Origin: Candidatus Saccharimonadota bacterium
Lineage (GTDB): Bacteria > Patescibacteriota > Gracilibacteria > UBA1369 > 2-02-FULL-48-14
Direction: 5' to 3'
Assembly (NCBI GenBank): GCA_965230905.1
Contig: OZ246396.1
Location: 1,080,001 to 1,112,000 of the forward strand
Length of the DNA: 32,000 bases
How positions within the stretch are numbered: the stretch's first letter is position 1; each line of letters opens with the position of its first letter. The notes under the pieces are model-generated. The model had not been told where the DNA came from and made no database searches. It saw only the letters and a program-made list of their open reading frames with translations. This document shows positions 12,263-20,351 of the stretch, piece after piece. A program made the position numbers and the translations under genes.

Positions 12263-12709
12263 ATGAATACAAGTCCTAAAAAAGCCTTCACCCTGATTGA
12301 AGTGCTCTTGGTGATTGTTATAATCGCCATTTTAGCCGGTATCGTTATCATTGCCGTCAATCCAGGGCGACAAATCTCACAAGCCAATAACGCTCAACGG
12401 GACAATGATGTCCGAGCACTTTTAGATGCGGTTCATCAATTTGGAATCGATAACCGTGGAACCCTTCCTGCGGCTATCACTGGAGTCGCTACTGTAATTG
12501 GAAGTGGAGGAGCTGAAATCGATATTTGTACGGACCTCGTTCCTACTTATCTCGCTGAAATGCCTTTTGATCCTACTACCGTGGGAGCCAGCTACACGGA
12601 CTGTACAAGCTACAGCACTGGGTACACCATTCTCGAAGATGCGGATGGACGTTTGACGGTGGCTGCACCTGATGCAGAACTTGCTGAAACGATTTCCGTT
12701 ACTCGTTAA
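12263..12709 (+). CDS. pilA: type IV major pilin, 148 aa
   Basis: MNTSPKKA|FTLIEVLLVIVIIAILAGIVIIAV is a canonical N-methylation-type pilin helix with Glu5. A Cys pair (CTDL...CTSY) could form a C-terminal disulfide loop. It is the last gene of the operon and is followed by a strong terminator. Confidence 0.85.
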   Translation: MNTSPKKAFTLIEVLLVIVIIAILAGIVIIAVNPGRQISQANNAQRDNDVRALLDAVHQFGIDNRGTLPAAITGVATVIGSGGAEIDICTDLVPTYLAEMPFDPTTVGASYTDCTSYSTGYTILEDADGRLTVAAPDAELAETISVTR

Positions 12710-12719
12710 TTGAACTTTT

Positions 12720-12750
12720 AAAAGGAGCCTCCATTTGGGGGCTCCTTTTT
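12720..12750. terminator. bidirectional rho-independent terminator between pilA and the convergent HD-domain gene
   Basis: A 9-bp stem pairs ggagcctcc (12724-12732) with gggggctcc (12737-12745), including one G-U, across the loop ATTT. It is flanked by AAAA (12720-12723) and TTTTT (12746-12750). Confidence 0.75.
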
Positions 12751-12767
12751 ATGCAGTTGGACTTCGG

Positions 12768-14114
12768 TCAACCCATGGAACTTTTGCGTATGATCCTGTT
12801 TAGCTCTTCATTGAGTCCAAGGGACTGTATTTCGCTTGCATGACGTTTCTGTAAATTAATCGCTACTTTAACAACTGCCATATTCAGTGAGAACAAATCG
12901 TCCGTTAGATACGGTGCGCCGGTCTCTTTCTGCACTGCGGTGACCATGCTAATAACGTCTTCAATGGTTTCGTTTAAATAGGACACCTGTTTTGGAAGCG
13001 CTTTAGCTCCCAAAGTGTCCAAATTGTGTAAACGGTCTCCCGTTTTAACCATGGCACAGACCACTTTTTCTAGATTAGAGAGTTTCTCGTTTTGAACCAC
13101 CTGCTTGTTCAGGTAGTTTTCGTAGTCAGGGGAATCTTTAGCTGGCTTAGTTAGCGCGTGTAAACAATTCACGATGGTTCCTTTGTTTCTTGCGTAAGGA
13201 TTTGTGTGCTCGGGAACCTGTTTAACAAATGGTGCCATTCGTATGGGGGCTTCAACTACGGTATCAAAAGTAAGGTGTTCAGACATTTTAACGTCAAGGA
13301 AACCTGGTGTCATTCTTTTAAAATCCTCTAGGTAATCGTGTGGAATGGCAACTTCAATGGCTATGATTAGTACCTCATAAAGCCAATGCATTTCTTCACT
13401 ACTTTCGGCGCCGTGAAGCAACCGGTGAAAACGGTTCATAACATAAACGCAAGTTTTATAGATATGGTCCATCACTAAATCGCCGTTTTCACGACGTGGG
13501 CCAAAAATATGAGTGGCACTTCGAACGACAGGGAAAGTAGTGTGAGCGCAAAAAATCACTTCTGTTTGGCGCAGTAATTCATCTGCATTTTGGTTTGGTT
13601 CACATTCAGGTGTATCCCTATAAAGGTAGAGGTAAGCGATTATTCGTTGAAATAGGCACTTTTTAAGGTATAAGTTGGCTCGCATTTTTGCTTTCGCAAA
13701 AAGGTTCAGGTTTTTTTTTACCTTAGCTCTTGCCGCCTCCAATTCTTTATCGACTTCAGGCGGCTCGATGAGCTCATTCACTCGTTTTTGAAAGTAATCG
13801 TGAGTTTCTTTTACTCCGTCTACGTTTTCATTTAACTCGTTTTTTGCTTCTAATACTTTTCCCCAGGCAATCAACAAGGGGTGGGTCTCGGGAAGCCCTT
13901 CGGGTGGAGGCGGGCAATGGTCTTCTGGGTGAAAGGTGTTTTCTTCTAATTCTCTTACCCAAGTTTCATCGACTTCGGAGTAAGCAGCTTCTGCCATTTG
14001 CTCATGAGTGGTAGCCCTTCTGCGAAAAGGTTCATGATCAAAATCAAAATCTGCATAAGCTCTAGTCACGATTGCCGCCTCGTCATCTCCGACAATGGGT
14101 TCCCGGTCACTCAT
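12768..14114 (-). CDS. divergent HD-domain protein related to the RelA/SpoT/Mesh1 (p)ppGpp hydrolase domain, 448 aa
   Basis: Three motifs occur in SpoT/Mesh1 order: ATHIFGPRRENGDLVMDH (compare AH..Q.R..G.PY..H), AIPHDYLEDF (compare LLHD..ED) and VKTGDRLHNLDTL (compare K.ADRLHN.R.L). The 190-aa N-terminal extension has no recognisable motif. Confidence 0.55.
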   Translation of the reverse strand: MSDREPIVGDDEAAIVTRAYADFDFDHEPFRRRATTHEQMAEAAYSEVDETWVRELEENTFHPEDHCPPPPEGLPETHPLLIAWGKVLEAKNELNENVDGVKETHDYFQKRVNELIEPPEVDKELEAARAKVKKNLNLFAKAKMRANLYLKKCLFQRIIAYLYLYRDTPECEPNQNADELLRQTEVIFCAHTTFPVVRSATHIFGPRRENGDLVMDHIYKTCVYVMNRFHRLLHGAESSEEMHWLYEVLIIAIEVAIPHDYLEDFKRMTPGFLDVKMSEHLTFDTVVEAPIRMAPFVKQVPEHTNPYARNKGTIVNCLHALTKPAKDSPDYENYLNKQVVQNEKLSNLEKVVCAMVKTGDRLHNLDTLGAKALPKQVSYLNETIEDVISMVTAVQKETGAPYLTDDLFSLNMAVVKVAINLQKRHASEIQSLGLNEELNRIIRKSSMG

Positions 14115-14170
14115 AAAAACATCTGTTGTTTCTAAACAAGCTAAAATTAAACCTTACTATCAGGTTGACG

Positions 14171-14923
14171 TCAATGGGGCGCCGGGGCGGTCTCTGGACC
14201 GGTGGAAGGAGTTTGATCTTGTTCTAAAGCGAGCTCGTCATCTGGGTCGATTTTTTGGCTGCGAGAAGTGAGGGGATTGTAGGTTTCGTAGAAGAGTTCA
14301 ATGAGTTCTTCGGTGTTGAGCTCCTGAACGCGGAGGCCGCAACCTTCTAGCCCAGAACGCACGGTGTTTACGCGAGAGGCGAGGCGTTTTTTGAGTTCAT
14401 CGAATTGTTTTTGGCGCTGTTGAATTTTGCTCACCGTGTCTTGAGGGAAAATGTTTTCCAAAAAGGATTTGAGGAAGCCTCGGTGTTCCTGACCAAATCC
14501 ATCTTGGGGGATCACCACATAGAATTGTTTTTCCATGATGTCGGCGTATTCCACCAAACGGCTGATGTATTCTACGTACTCAAAAGTTTGCTTTTGCAGG
14601 AGGGGATTGCTTTGTTTCACTCCAATTTTCTTCAATTTTTCGATGTAAGCTTCCAAGTCGAGACGTTTGCTGCGCACCACAATTTGGATGGGGAACTCGA
14701 GCGTGTTGAGGAAGTTCTGATAAGAGTAAATCACGGCGTTTTGTTCGGCCTCGGATTTTAAGTTTAGGTTGATGCTGGAGGTTTTCAAAATTCCCCGGAG
14801 TCCGCCATTTTTAAGTACCACGGTATCATCGTGGATTTCGGCAATTTTGAGATGCATTTGCGTGCTATCTTTTTTATCTCGTTTGCCTCCTTTTACCGAG
14901 TTTTGGGTCTTGGCGTCACTCAT
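14171..14923 (-). CDS. VirB4/TrbE N-terminal-domain-like protein without an ATPase domain, 250 aa
   Basis: IAEIHDDTVVLKNGGLRGILKTSSINLNLKSEAEQNAVIYSYQNFLNTLEFPIQIVVRSKRLDLEAYI matches the pattern I know from VirB4-family N-termini. There is no Walker A anywhere. It ends in a Pro/Thr/Ala-rich tail. ATGA overlap with the upstream PrgI-like gene. Confidence 0.5.
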   Translation of the reverse strand: MSDAKTQNSVKGGKRDKKDSTQMHLKIAEIHDDTVVLKNGGLRGILKTSSINLNLKSEAEQNAVIYSYQNFLNTLEFPIQIVVRSKRLDLEAYIEKLKKIGVKQSNPLLQKQTFEYVEYISRLVEYADIMEKQFYVVIPQDGFGQEHRGFLKSFLENIFPQDTVSKIQQRQKQFDELKKRLASRVNTVRSGLEGCGLRVQELNTEELIELFYETYNPLTSRSQKIDPDDELALEQDQTPSTGPETAPAPH

Positions 14924-15372
14924 GCGGCGGGATGAGGTTTACTGTAAGTATCGAGAGCTTTACTGATTTCTCCAATCTTGGCCAGACGTTCATGGTCACG
15001 TTCTGCCTTGCTGGCTCCTGTGTCCTTAGTTTGCACTTTTTTAGATTTATCTGCAAACAATGTGTACATGTATAAATCGGCGCCGCCCATTACAAAGACG
15101 CGCTTTTTGGGTTTGATGAAGTATTCAATCATTAGGAGTATCCATTTTCCAAATGGGATTCCTCCAATTTTTAAAAAGGTGAAGGCTAGGGTCAGCAAAC
15201 CCGGAATCGCGGTTGGAATAAGCCAGGTTTCGATGTAGTAGGTGCTGGCTAAACCCGTGTAGATGGCGTAGGTGATTCCTCCTCCAATTCCAAGGATTAC
15301 CAACTGTTTGAGCGTCAGTGGGCCAACGATTTTATCTTCAATCTGAACGTTTTGTGGGATTTTGTATTGCAA
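14920..15372 (-). CDS. PrgI family (VirB3-like) membrane protein, about 151 aa from a TTG start
   Basis: (M/L)QYKIPQNVQIEDKIVGPLTLKQLVILGIGGGITYAIY plus a second TM helix and a GIPFGKW motif resemble PrgI/VirB3-like proteins. The longer ORF to 15651 would run across the lepA start, so TTG at 15372 is preferred. Confidence 0.6.
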   Translation of the reverse strand: MQYKIPQNVQIEDKIVGPLTLKQLVILGIGGGITYAIYTGLASTYYIETWLIPTAIPGLLTLAFTFLKIGGIPFGKWILLMIEYFIKPKKRVFVMGGADLYMYTLFADKSKKVQTKDTGASKAERDHERLAKIGEISKALDTYSKPHPAA

Positions 15373-15394
15373 CTGAGTGCGTGTTAATCTGATT

Positions 15395-15423
15395 ATTATA
15401 CCAGAAAGTAGGGCTTTTTTCAA
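15395..15423 (-). promoter_or_regulatory. promoter of the PrgI-like operon
   Basis: On the minus strand: TTGAAA (15423-15418), 17-nt spacer, TATAAT (15400-15395), about 22 nt upstream of the TTG start. Confidence 0.5.
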
Positions 15424-15451
15424 GGAGCTAAACCTGCTAGACTCCCAGCGC

Positions 15452-17266
15452 ATGAAAAACATTCGAAATTTTTGTATCATTGCGCATATTGACCACGGGA
15501 AATCCACCTTGGCGGACCGATTTTTGGAGGTGACGGGGACTTTGACGCGTCGGGAGATGAAACATGGGCAGATGCTGGACACCATGGAAATTGAGCAAGA
15601 ACGTGGAATCACCATCAAATTGCAGCCGGTGCGGATGGATTGGAAATACAAGGGGGAAGACTACCAAATGAACCTTATAGACACTCCCGGGCACGTGGAC
15701 TTTTCGTACGAGGTTTCCCGCAGTTTGGCGGCCTGTGAAGGGGCTATTTTGGTGGTGGATGCGAGCCAGGGAATCCAGGCCCAGACTTTGGCGAATTGCT
15801 ACATGGCTTTGGAACACAATCTGACTATTATTCCGGTTTTGAATAAAATTGACCTGCCGGCTGCGGAACCGGAGCGACGGGCGGCGGAAATTGAAAATGC
15901 CTTGGGAATTCCTCGAGATCAAATCATTTGTATTTCGGCTAAAGAAGGGACGAATGTGGAAAAAGTACTGGAACGAGTGATTGAACTGGTGCCGCCGCCT
16001 AAGTCGGTGGGGCCCACGGCCGAAACTAAGGCGCTTATTTTTGACTCGGTTTATGATCCGTACAAGGGAATTGTGGCGTATGTGCGTGTGATGGAAGGGC
16101 ATTTGGAGCGTGGGCAGAAGATCAAATTTTTGAACACCAAAGCGGTGAGTGACATCATTGAAGTGGGCTGTTTTAAGCCAAAATACAAGGCGATGGATGC
16201 GCTGGATGGTGGAGAGGTGGGTTACGTGGTGACGGGCATGAAATCGGTGGCGGAGTCGCGCGTGGGGGATACGATTTGGCGAAAAGACGGGCTGAACATG
16301 AAAGAAGAAACTGACACGGAACCGTTGCCTGGATACAAGCGCGTGGTGCCCTTTGTGTACGCGGGAATTTTTTGTATCGATGGAGAGAATTATCCACTGC
16401 TGCGCGACGCGCTGGATAAGCTGAGTTTGAACGACAGTGCGCTGACTTTTGAGCCGGAAAATTCCGGGGCGCTGGGGCACGGATTCCGCTGTGGATTTTT
16501 GGGGCTTTTGCATTTAGATATTGTGCAAGAACGTCTGGAGCGCGAATACAACTTGGAACTCATTGTTACGGCGCCGAGCGTGTCGTATGAAGTTATGGAT
16601 TATACGAAGACGGTTACACGGATTTCAAACCCGGGTGAATTGCCTGACCCAAGCCAAATTATTGAGCTCCGTGAGCCGTGGATGAAGATCGAAATTCTGG
16701 TGCCAAAAGAATTCATTGGGGCGCTGATTACGCTGCTTCAGGAACGCCGAGGAATTTCCAAAAATATGCAGTTTTTGGACGAACAACGCGTGAATTTGAT
16801 TTACGAGATTCCGCTCGCGTCTATTGTGGTGGATTTTTATGACGAATTGAAAAGTGTGTCGTCCGGTTACGCGTCCATGAGTTACGAATTCATTGAATTC
16901 CGCGTGGGCGATTTGGTGCGTCTGGATATTTTGGTGCATGGAGAAAAAATCGATGCGCTTTCTTCCATCGTTCACCGCAGCAGCGCGCAGTTCCAAGGAG
17001 GTATTGTGTGCAAACGACTCAAAGAAATCATTCCTAAGGCGCAGTTCGAAATCCCCATTCAGGCCGCCATTGGCGCTAAAGTGGTGGCGCGTGAAACCAT
17101 TGGTTCGTTCCGCAAAGACGTGACGGGCTATTTGTACGGAGGGGACGTTTCCCGAAAAAATAAGCTGCTCGACAAACAGAAAAAAGGTAAGAAACGCATG
17201 AAGATGTTCGGGAAAGTGGAGGTGCCTCAAGCAGCCTTCCTTGCCGTACTTAAGAAGAACGACTAA
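15452..17266 (+). CDS. lepA: translation elongation factor 4 (LepA), 604 aa
   Basis: N-terminus MKNIRNFCIIAHIDHGKSTLADR; G-domain motifs DTPGH and NKID; LepA C-terminal domain (GDVSRKNKLLDKQKKGKKRMK). Confidence 0.95.
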   Translation: MKNIRNFCIIAHIDHGKSTLADRFLEVTGTLTRREMKHGQMLDTMEIEQERGITIKLQPVRMDWKYKGEDYQMNLIDTPGHVDFSYEVSRSLAACEGAILVVDASQGIQAQTLANCYMALEHNLTIIPVLNKIDLPAAEPERRAAEIENALGIPRDQIICISAKEGTNVEKVLERVIELVPPPKSVGPTAETKALIFDSVYDPYKGIVAYVRVMEGHLERGQKIKFLNTKAVSDIIEVGCFKPKYKAMDALDGGEVGYVVTGMKSVAESRVGDTIWRKDGLNMKEETDTEPLPGYKRVVPFVYAGIFCIDGENYPLLRDALDKLSLNDSALTFEPENSGALGHGFRCGFLGLLHLDIVQERLEREYNLELIVTAPSVSYEVMDYTKTVTRISNPGELPDPSQIIELREPWMKIEILVPKEFIGALITLLQERRGISKNMQFLDEQRVNLIYEIPLASIVVDFYDELKSVSSGYASMSYEFIEFRVGDLVRLDILVHGEKIDALSSIVHRSSAQFQGGIVCKRLKEIIPKAQFEIPIQAAIGAKVVARETIGSFRKDVTGYLYGGDVSRKNKLLDKQKKGKKRMKMFGKVEVPQAAFLAVLKKND

Positions 17267-17276
17267 AATCGGTGTA

Positions 17277-18749
17277 ATGAAGTCCACACGCCTGTTAATT
17301 GCTCTCGCGCTTCTGCTTGCTTCCTGCACTCCGCAGGACGTTTTGGAGTCTCGGGATGGCGAAAGCGTGACGATTGCTTATGCGGAGCCGATTTCCAGCT
17401 ATTCGCCACTGAGTTATGAGGCGAAAAACCGCAAGTATTTGACGAATATTTATGAGCCGCTGGTGCGTTACGATGCAACGTTTAATTATGAAACGGGTTT
17501 GGCGGTTTCGTGGGGGCGGCTCGACGACACCACGTGGGATTTTCGGCTGCGCAAGGACGTGACTTTTCACGATGGCAGCGTTTTTGATGCCGATGATGTG
17601 CTTTATTCTTTGCAAATTGCCCGTGAGCAAACGCAGTCGGAGTTGGCGGCTTTGCTCAGCACCATTGCTAGCATAGAAAAAACTGCGGACGACCGGCTCA
17701 GCATCACCACTGCGCGGCCCGACCCTTTGCTGCTCAACAAACTGACCTTTGTTTACATGGTGCCCAGCGGCTATGAAAATTTTGATTTGCCCGTGGGAAC
17801 GGGTCCTTACCGTGCTCAGAAATTTGAAGACGATGCTTTGGTGCTTGAACGTTTTGATGCGTATTGGGGCCCGCTGGCTTATTTCAAAGAAGCTCGGCTC
17901 AAATATATGCCCGACCCGGAGGCGCGACTTGCCGCCATGCTCAGTGGGGAAGTGGATGTGCTCGCCAATGTTCCTCCGCAGGCGGTAAGCGAACTGGAAG
18001 CTGCGGGTATTTCGGTCAAAGATTTTCCCAGTTTGGAAGTGAGCTTTTTGATGCTGAACCAGGGAACGGTTTTTGCGAATGACGATTTGAGGACTGCCGT
18101 TTGGTACGCGCTCAGTAATAGTTATGTGGATCAATTTGGTGGTGGCTATTTGCTGGAAAGTTCCCAGTTCGCGGCGCGCGGAATCACCGGCTACGACCCG
18201 GAACTTGAGCAACGCGCCATGAATTTGGACACGGCTCTGATTTACCGCGGACGTTATTCGGGAGAGGTGAACGTGAGCCTGGATATGCCCCAAGGTTTGG
18301 AGGTTTTGGGCAATGCCATAAAGGAGGATTTGGCCGCCATTGATATCAATGTGACGGTGAATAGCATCGAGGCGGCGGACTATGAAAATCATTTTTTGAC
18401 CGGACTTTCGGACCTATATTTTTTTGGATGGAAGTACGATCTGGCCGACAGCGAAGACTTTTTTGATACCGTGGTTCATACGCCCAGCGAGACGTATGGA
18501 GAATTCAATGGTTTTGGTTACTCTAACCTGAAACTCGATGCCTTGATGGAGGACGCCGCCACGCTGTTGGACGTCACAGAACGCCGACTGCTTTTGGAGC
18601 AAATAGCCTCACTTTTGCTAGCGGATCAAACGGTGATTCCGCTCTTTGAATCGCAGGTGCTCTACGGGCTCTCGCCGGAGCTCTATTACGACTTTCGATT
18701 GGACGGACAGATATGGGCTTCTGAAATTGTCGAAAATGTGGTAAAATAA
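17277..18749 (+). CDS. ABC-type substrate-binding lipoprotein, family 5 (peptide/nickel type), 490 aa
   Basis: Lipoprotein signal MKSTRLLIALALLLAS|C. SBP_bac_5-like core (YEPLVRYD...GLAVSW...WDFRLRKDVTFHDGSVFDADDV). No permease or ATPase gene is adjacent. Confidence 0.8.
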   Translation: MKSTRLLIALALLLASCTPQDVLESRDGESVTIAYAEPISSYSPLSYEAKNRKYLTNIYEPLVRYDATFNYETGLAVSWGRLDDTTWDFRLRKDVTFHDGSVFDADDVLYSLQIAREQTQSELAALLSTIASIEKTADDRLSITTARPDPLLLNKLTFVYMVPSGYENFDLPVGTGPYRAQKFEDDALVLERFDAYWGPLAYFKEARLKYMPDPEARLAAMLSGEVDVLANVPPQAVSELEAAGISVKDFPSLEVSFLMLNQGTVFANDDLRTAVWYALSNSYVDQFGGGYLLESSQFAARGITGYDPELEQRAMNLDTALIYRGRYSGEVNVSLDMPQGLEVLGNAIKEDLAAIDINVTVNSIEAADYENHFLTGLSDLYFFGWKYDLADSEDFFDTVVHTPSETYGEFNGFGYSNLKLDALMEDAATLLDVTERRLLLEQIASLLLADQTVIPLFESQVLYGLSPELYYDFRLDGQIWASEIVENVVK

Positions 18750-18772
18750 AGAGATAATTTTATGGTTAATGA

Positions 18773-20347
18773 ATGTTTAGAAGCCTCAAAGCAAAATTCG
18801 TACTCGCGTTTGGAACGCTGATTGTGGTCCTATTTGTCGCTTTGGGTCTATTTTTGATGGACGCCAAAACTCGTGAACTTTCCAGCGACATTGCCAGCAA
18901 TAGCCAGGTTTTCGCGCAGCTCAGTTCGGAACAAGTCATGGAGGAGTACACGCAGTACCTTCAACCGGGGAACTTTGTGGCCTTCAGCCGCGAAATGTCC
19001 TCGATTTTACGCCGCAGCAACGAAATCGCAGATTTGCAGATCTCCAGCTACAGCGGAGTGATTTTGTACGATTCCGCAGAGGAAGAGCTGGAACGTTATG
19101 CGGGAACCATTCGCACTGCCGACGCTGCTCTGCTCGACCGCATTCAATCCACCAAGACCTCACTCCTTTTGGAAGATGGCCGCGTGCTCTACCTGCTGGT
19201 GGATGAACAGAAGAACATCAGTTATGTGGATTTTAACGAAGAGCCTTTGCAGCCGCTCAGCACCGCGGACCGAATTGTGGACATCATCGTGCCACACGAA
19301 AACGCTTATGCTGTGATTTATGACGTTTCTTACGCGACCTTGGAAGCCCGCCTCATGCAGGCCAAAATGCAAATTGGAATGATCGCCGGGCTTGGGTTCC
19401 TCCTCACGCTCATGATTTCCTTTATGCTGTCCGTGAGCATCACGCGTCCGCTTAAGGAACTCAAGGAAGGCGCTATGAAGATTGCCGGAGGAGACTTTTC
19501 TGTGCGTGTGAACGTGCGAACCCGCGATGAAGTGGGAGTGCTGGCGGGAACCTTTAATCAAATGGCTTCCGACTTGGCATCTTCTATCGAAGCCAAGATT
19601 TACAAGGAACGTGTGGGGAAGGAATTGGAATTGGCCGCTGGCATTCAATCGAATCTTATTCCACGTGAAACTTTAGAATTGCCTGGCCTCACGGTGGCGG
19701 GGGGACTCGATCCCGCAACCGAAGTGGGAGGTGACGCGTATGATTTCATTCCTATGGATGATGGCGATACGCTCATTTACATCGGGGATGGAACGGGGCA
19801 TGGGGTTTCTGCCGGAATCATGGCTTCTATTTCCAATGCGCTGCTCTACTCGTTGCGTGGCGAGCCCGATTTAATGGTCATCGCCAAACTCATGAACGCC
19901 GTTATTCAAAAGAAATCTTCGAACACCATGTTCATCACCATGGGGCTGACCACGTGGCGTGAAACCACTAGTTCGCTCAAATATATCAATGCCGGGCATT
20001 TGCCTATGCTTTATTTTGATGCCGGTAACCAAAAACTCACTGAAATCAAACTGCCCGGTATGGCCTTTGGTATGGTGGACGATTTGGTGCCGCACCTCCA
20101 ACAGCAGGAAATCAAACTCCAAAAGGACGACGTGGTGGTGCTCTATTCCGACGGAATCCCCGACGCCCAAAACATGAACAACGAACCTTACGGTGTGGCC
20201 CGACTCAAGCGCATCGTTCAGGAAGTTTCCAACAATCACCATACGGCTGAAGGCATTAAGGACGCCATTTTAGCCGACGTGATGGCCTACATTGGCGCAC
20301 GTGAACACCTCGATGATATTACGGTGGTGGTGATGAAGAAGAAATAA
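18773..20347 (+). CDS. membrane sensor phosphatase: two TM helices, extracytoplasmic domain, HAMP, PP2C/SpoIIE domain, 524 aa
   Basis: TM1 at aa 9-29; an extracytoplasmic segment of about 170 aa; TM2 at aa 199-221; HAMP (RPLKELKEGAMKIAGGDFSVRVNVRTRDEVGVLAGTFNQM). PP2C motifs are GGDAYDF, GDGTGHGVSAG, SDGIPDA and DDITVVVMKK. Confidence 0.85.
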   Translation: MFRSLKAKFVLAFGTLIVVLFVALGLFLMDAKTRELSSDIASNSQVFAQLSSEQVMEEYTQYLQPGNFVAFSREMSSILRRSNEIADLQISSYSGVILYDSAEEELERYAGTIRTADAALLDRIQSTKTSLLLEDGRVLYLLVDEQKNISYVDFNEEPLQPLSTADRIVDIIVPHENAYAVIYDVSYATLEARLMQAKMQIGMIAGLGFLLTLMISFMLSVSITRPLKELKEGAMKIAGGDFSVRVNVRTRDEVGVLAGTFNQMASDLASSIEAKIYKERVGKELELAAGIQSNLIPRETLELPGLTVAGGLDPATEVGGDAYDFIPMDDGDTLIYIGDGTGHGVSAGIMASISNALLYSLRGEPDLMVIAKLMNAVIQKKSSNTMFITMGLTTWRETTSSLKYINAGHLPMLYFDAGNQKLTEIKLPGMAFGMVDDLVPHLQQQEIKLQKDDVVVLYSDGIPDAQNMNNEPYGVARLKRIVQEVSNNHHTAEGIKDAILADVMAYIGAREHLDDITVVVMKKK

Positions 20348-20351
20348 AAAT

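Noticed and set aside
15377-15451. Upstream extensions of lepA (15377), the SBP (17241) and the acidic protein (TTG at 28685)
   Set aside because: The conserved protein N-termini begin at internal ATGs: MKNIRNF for LepA, the lipoprotein signal MKSTRLL, and the signal peptide MSTFLPL. The 17241 start would also overlap the end of lepA.
15373-15651. N-terminal 92-aa extension of the PrgI-like ORF (track call 14920-15651)
   Set aside because: The extension would run antisense across the lepA start and promoter region. It has no PrgI similarity and is Cys/Arg/Ser-rich. A TTG at 15372 preceded by a TTGAAA-17-TATAAT promoter fits much better.
15437-16513. 358-aa minus-strand ORF. The same applies to 16625-17329 (-), 17295-18392 (-), 22439-23119 (+), 24425-24970 (-), 7208-7717 (-) and 4736-5206 (-).
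   Set aside because: Each is antisense to a confidently identified gene: lepA, the SBP, glyA, htrA, the large pilin or pilB. Their products are Arg/His/Ser-rich shadow translations with no motifs. Long antisense frames like these are a codon-bias artefact.
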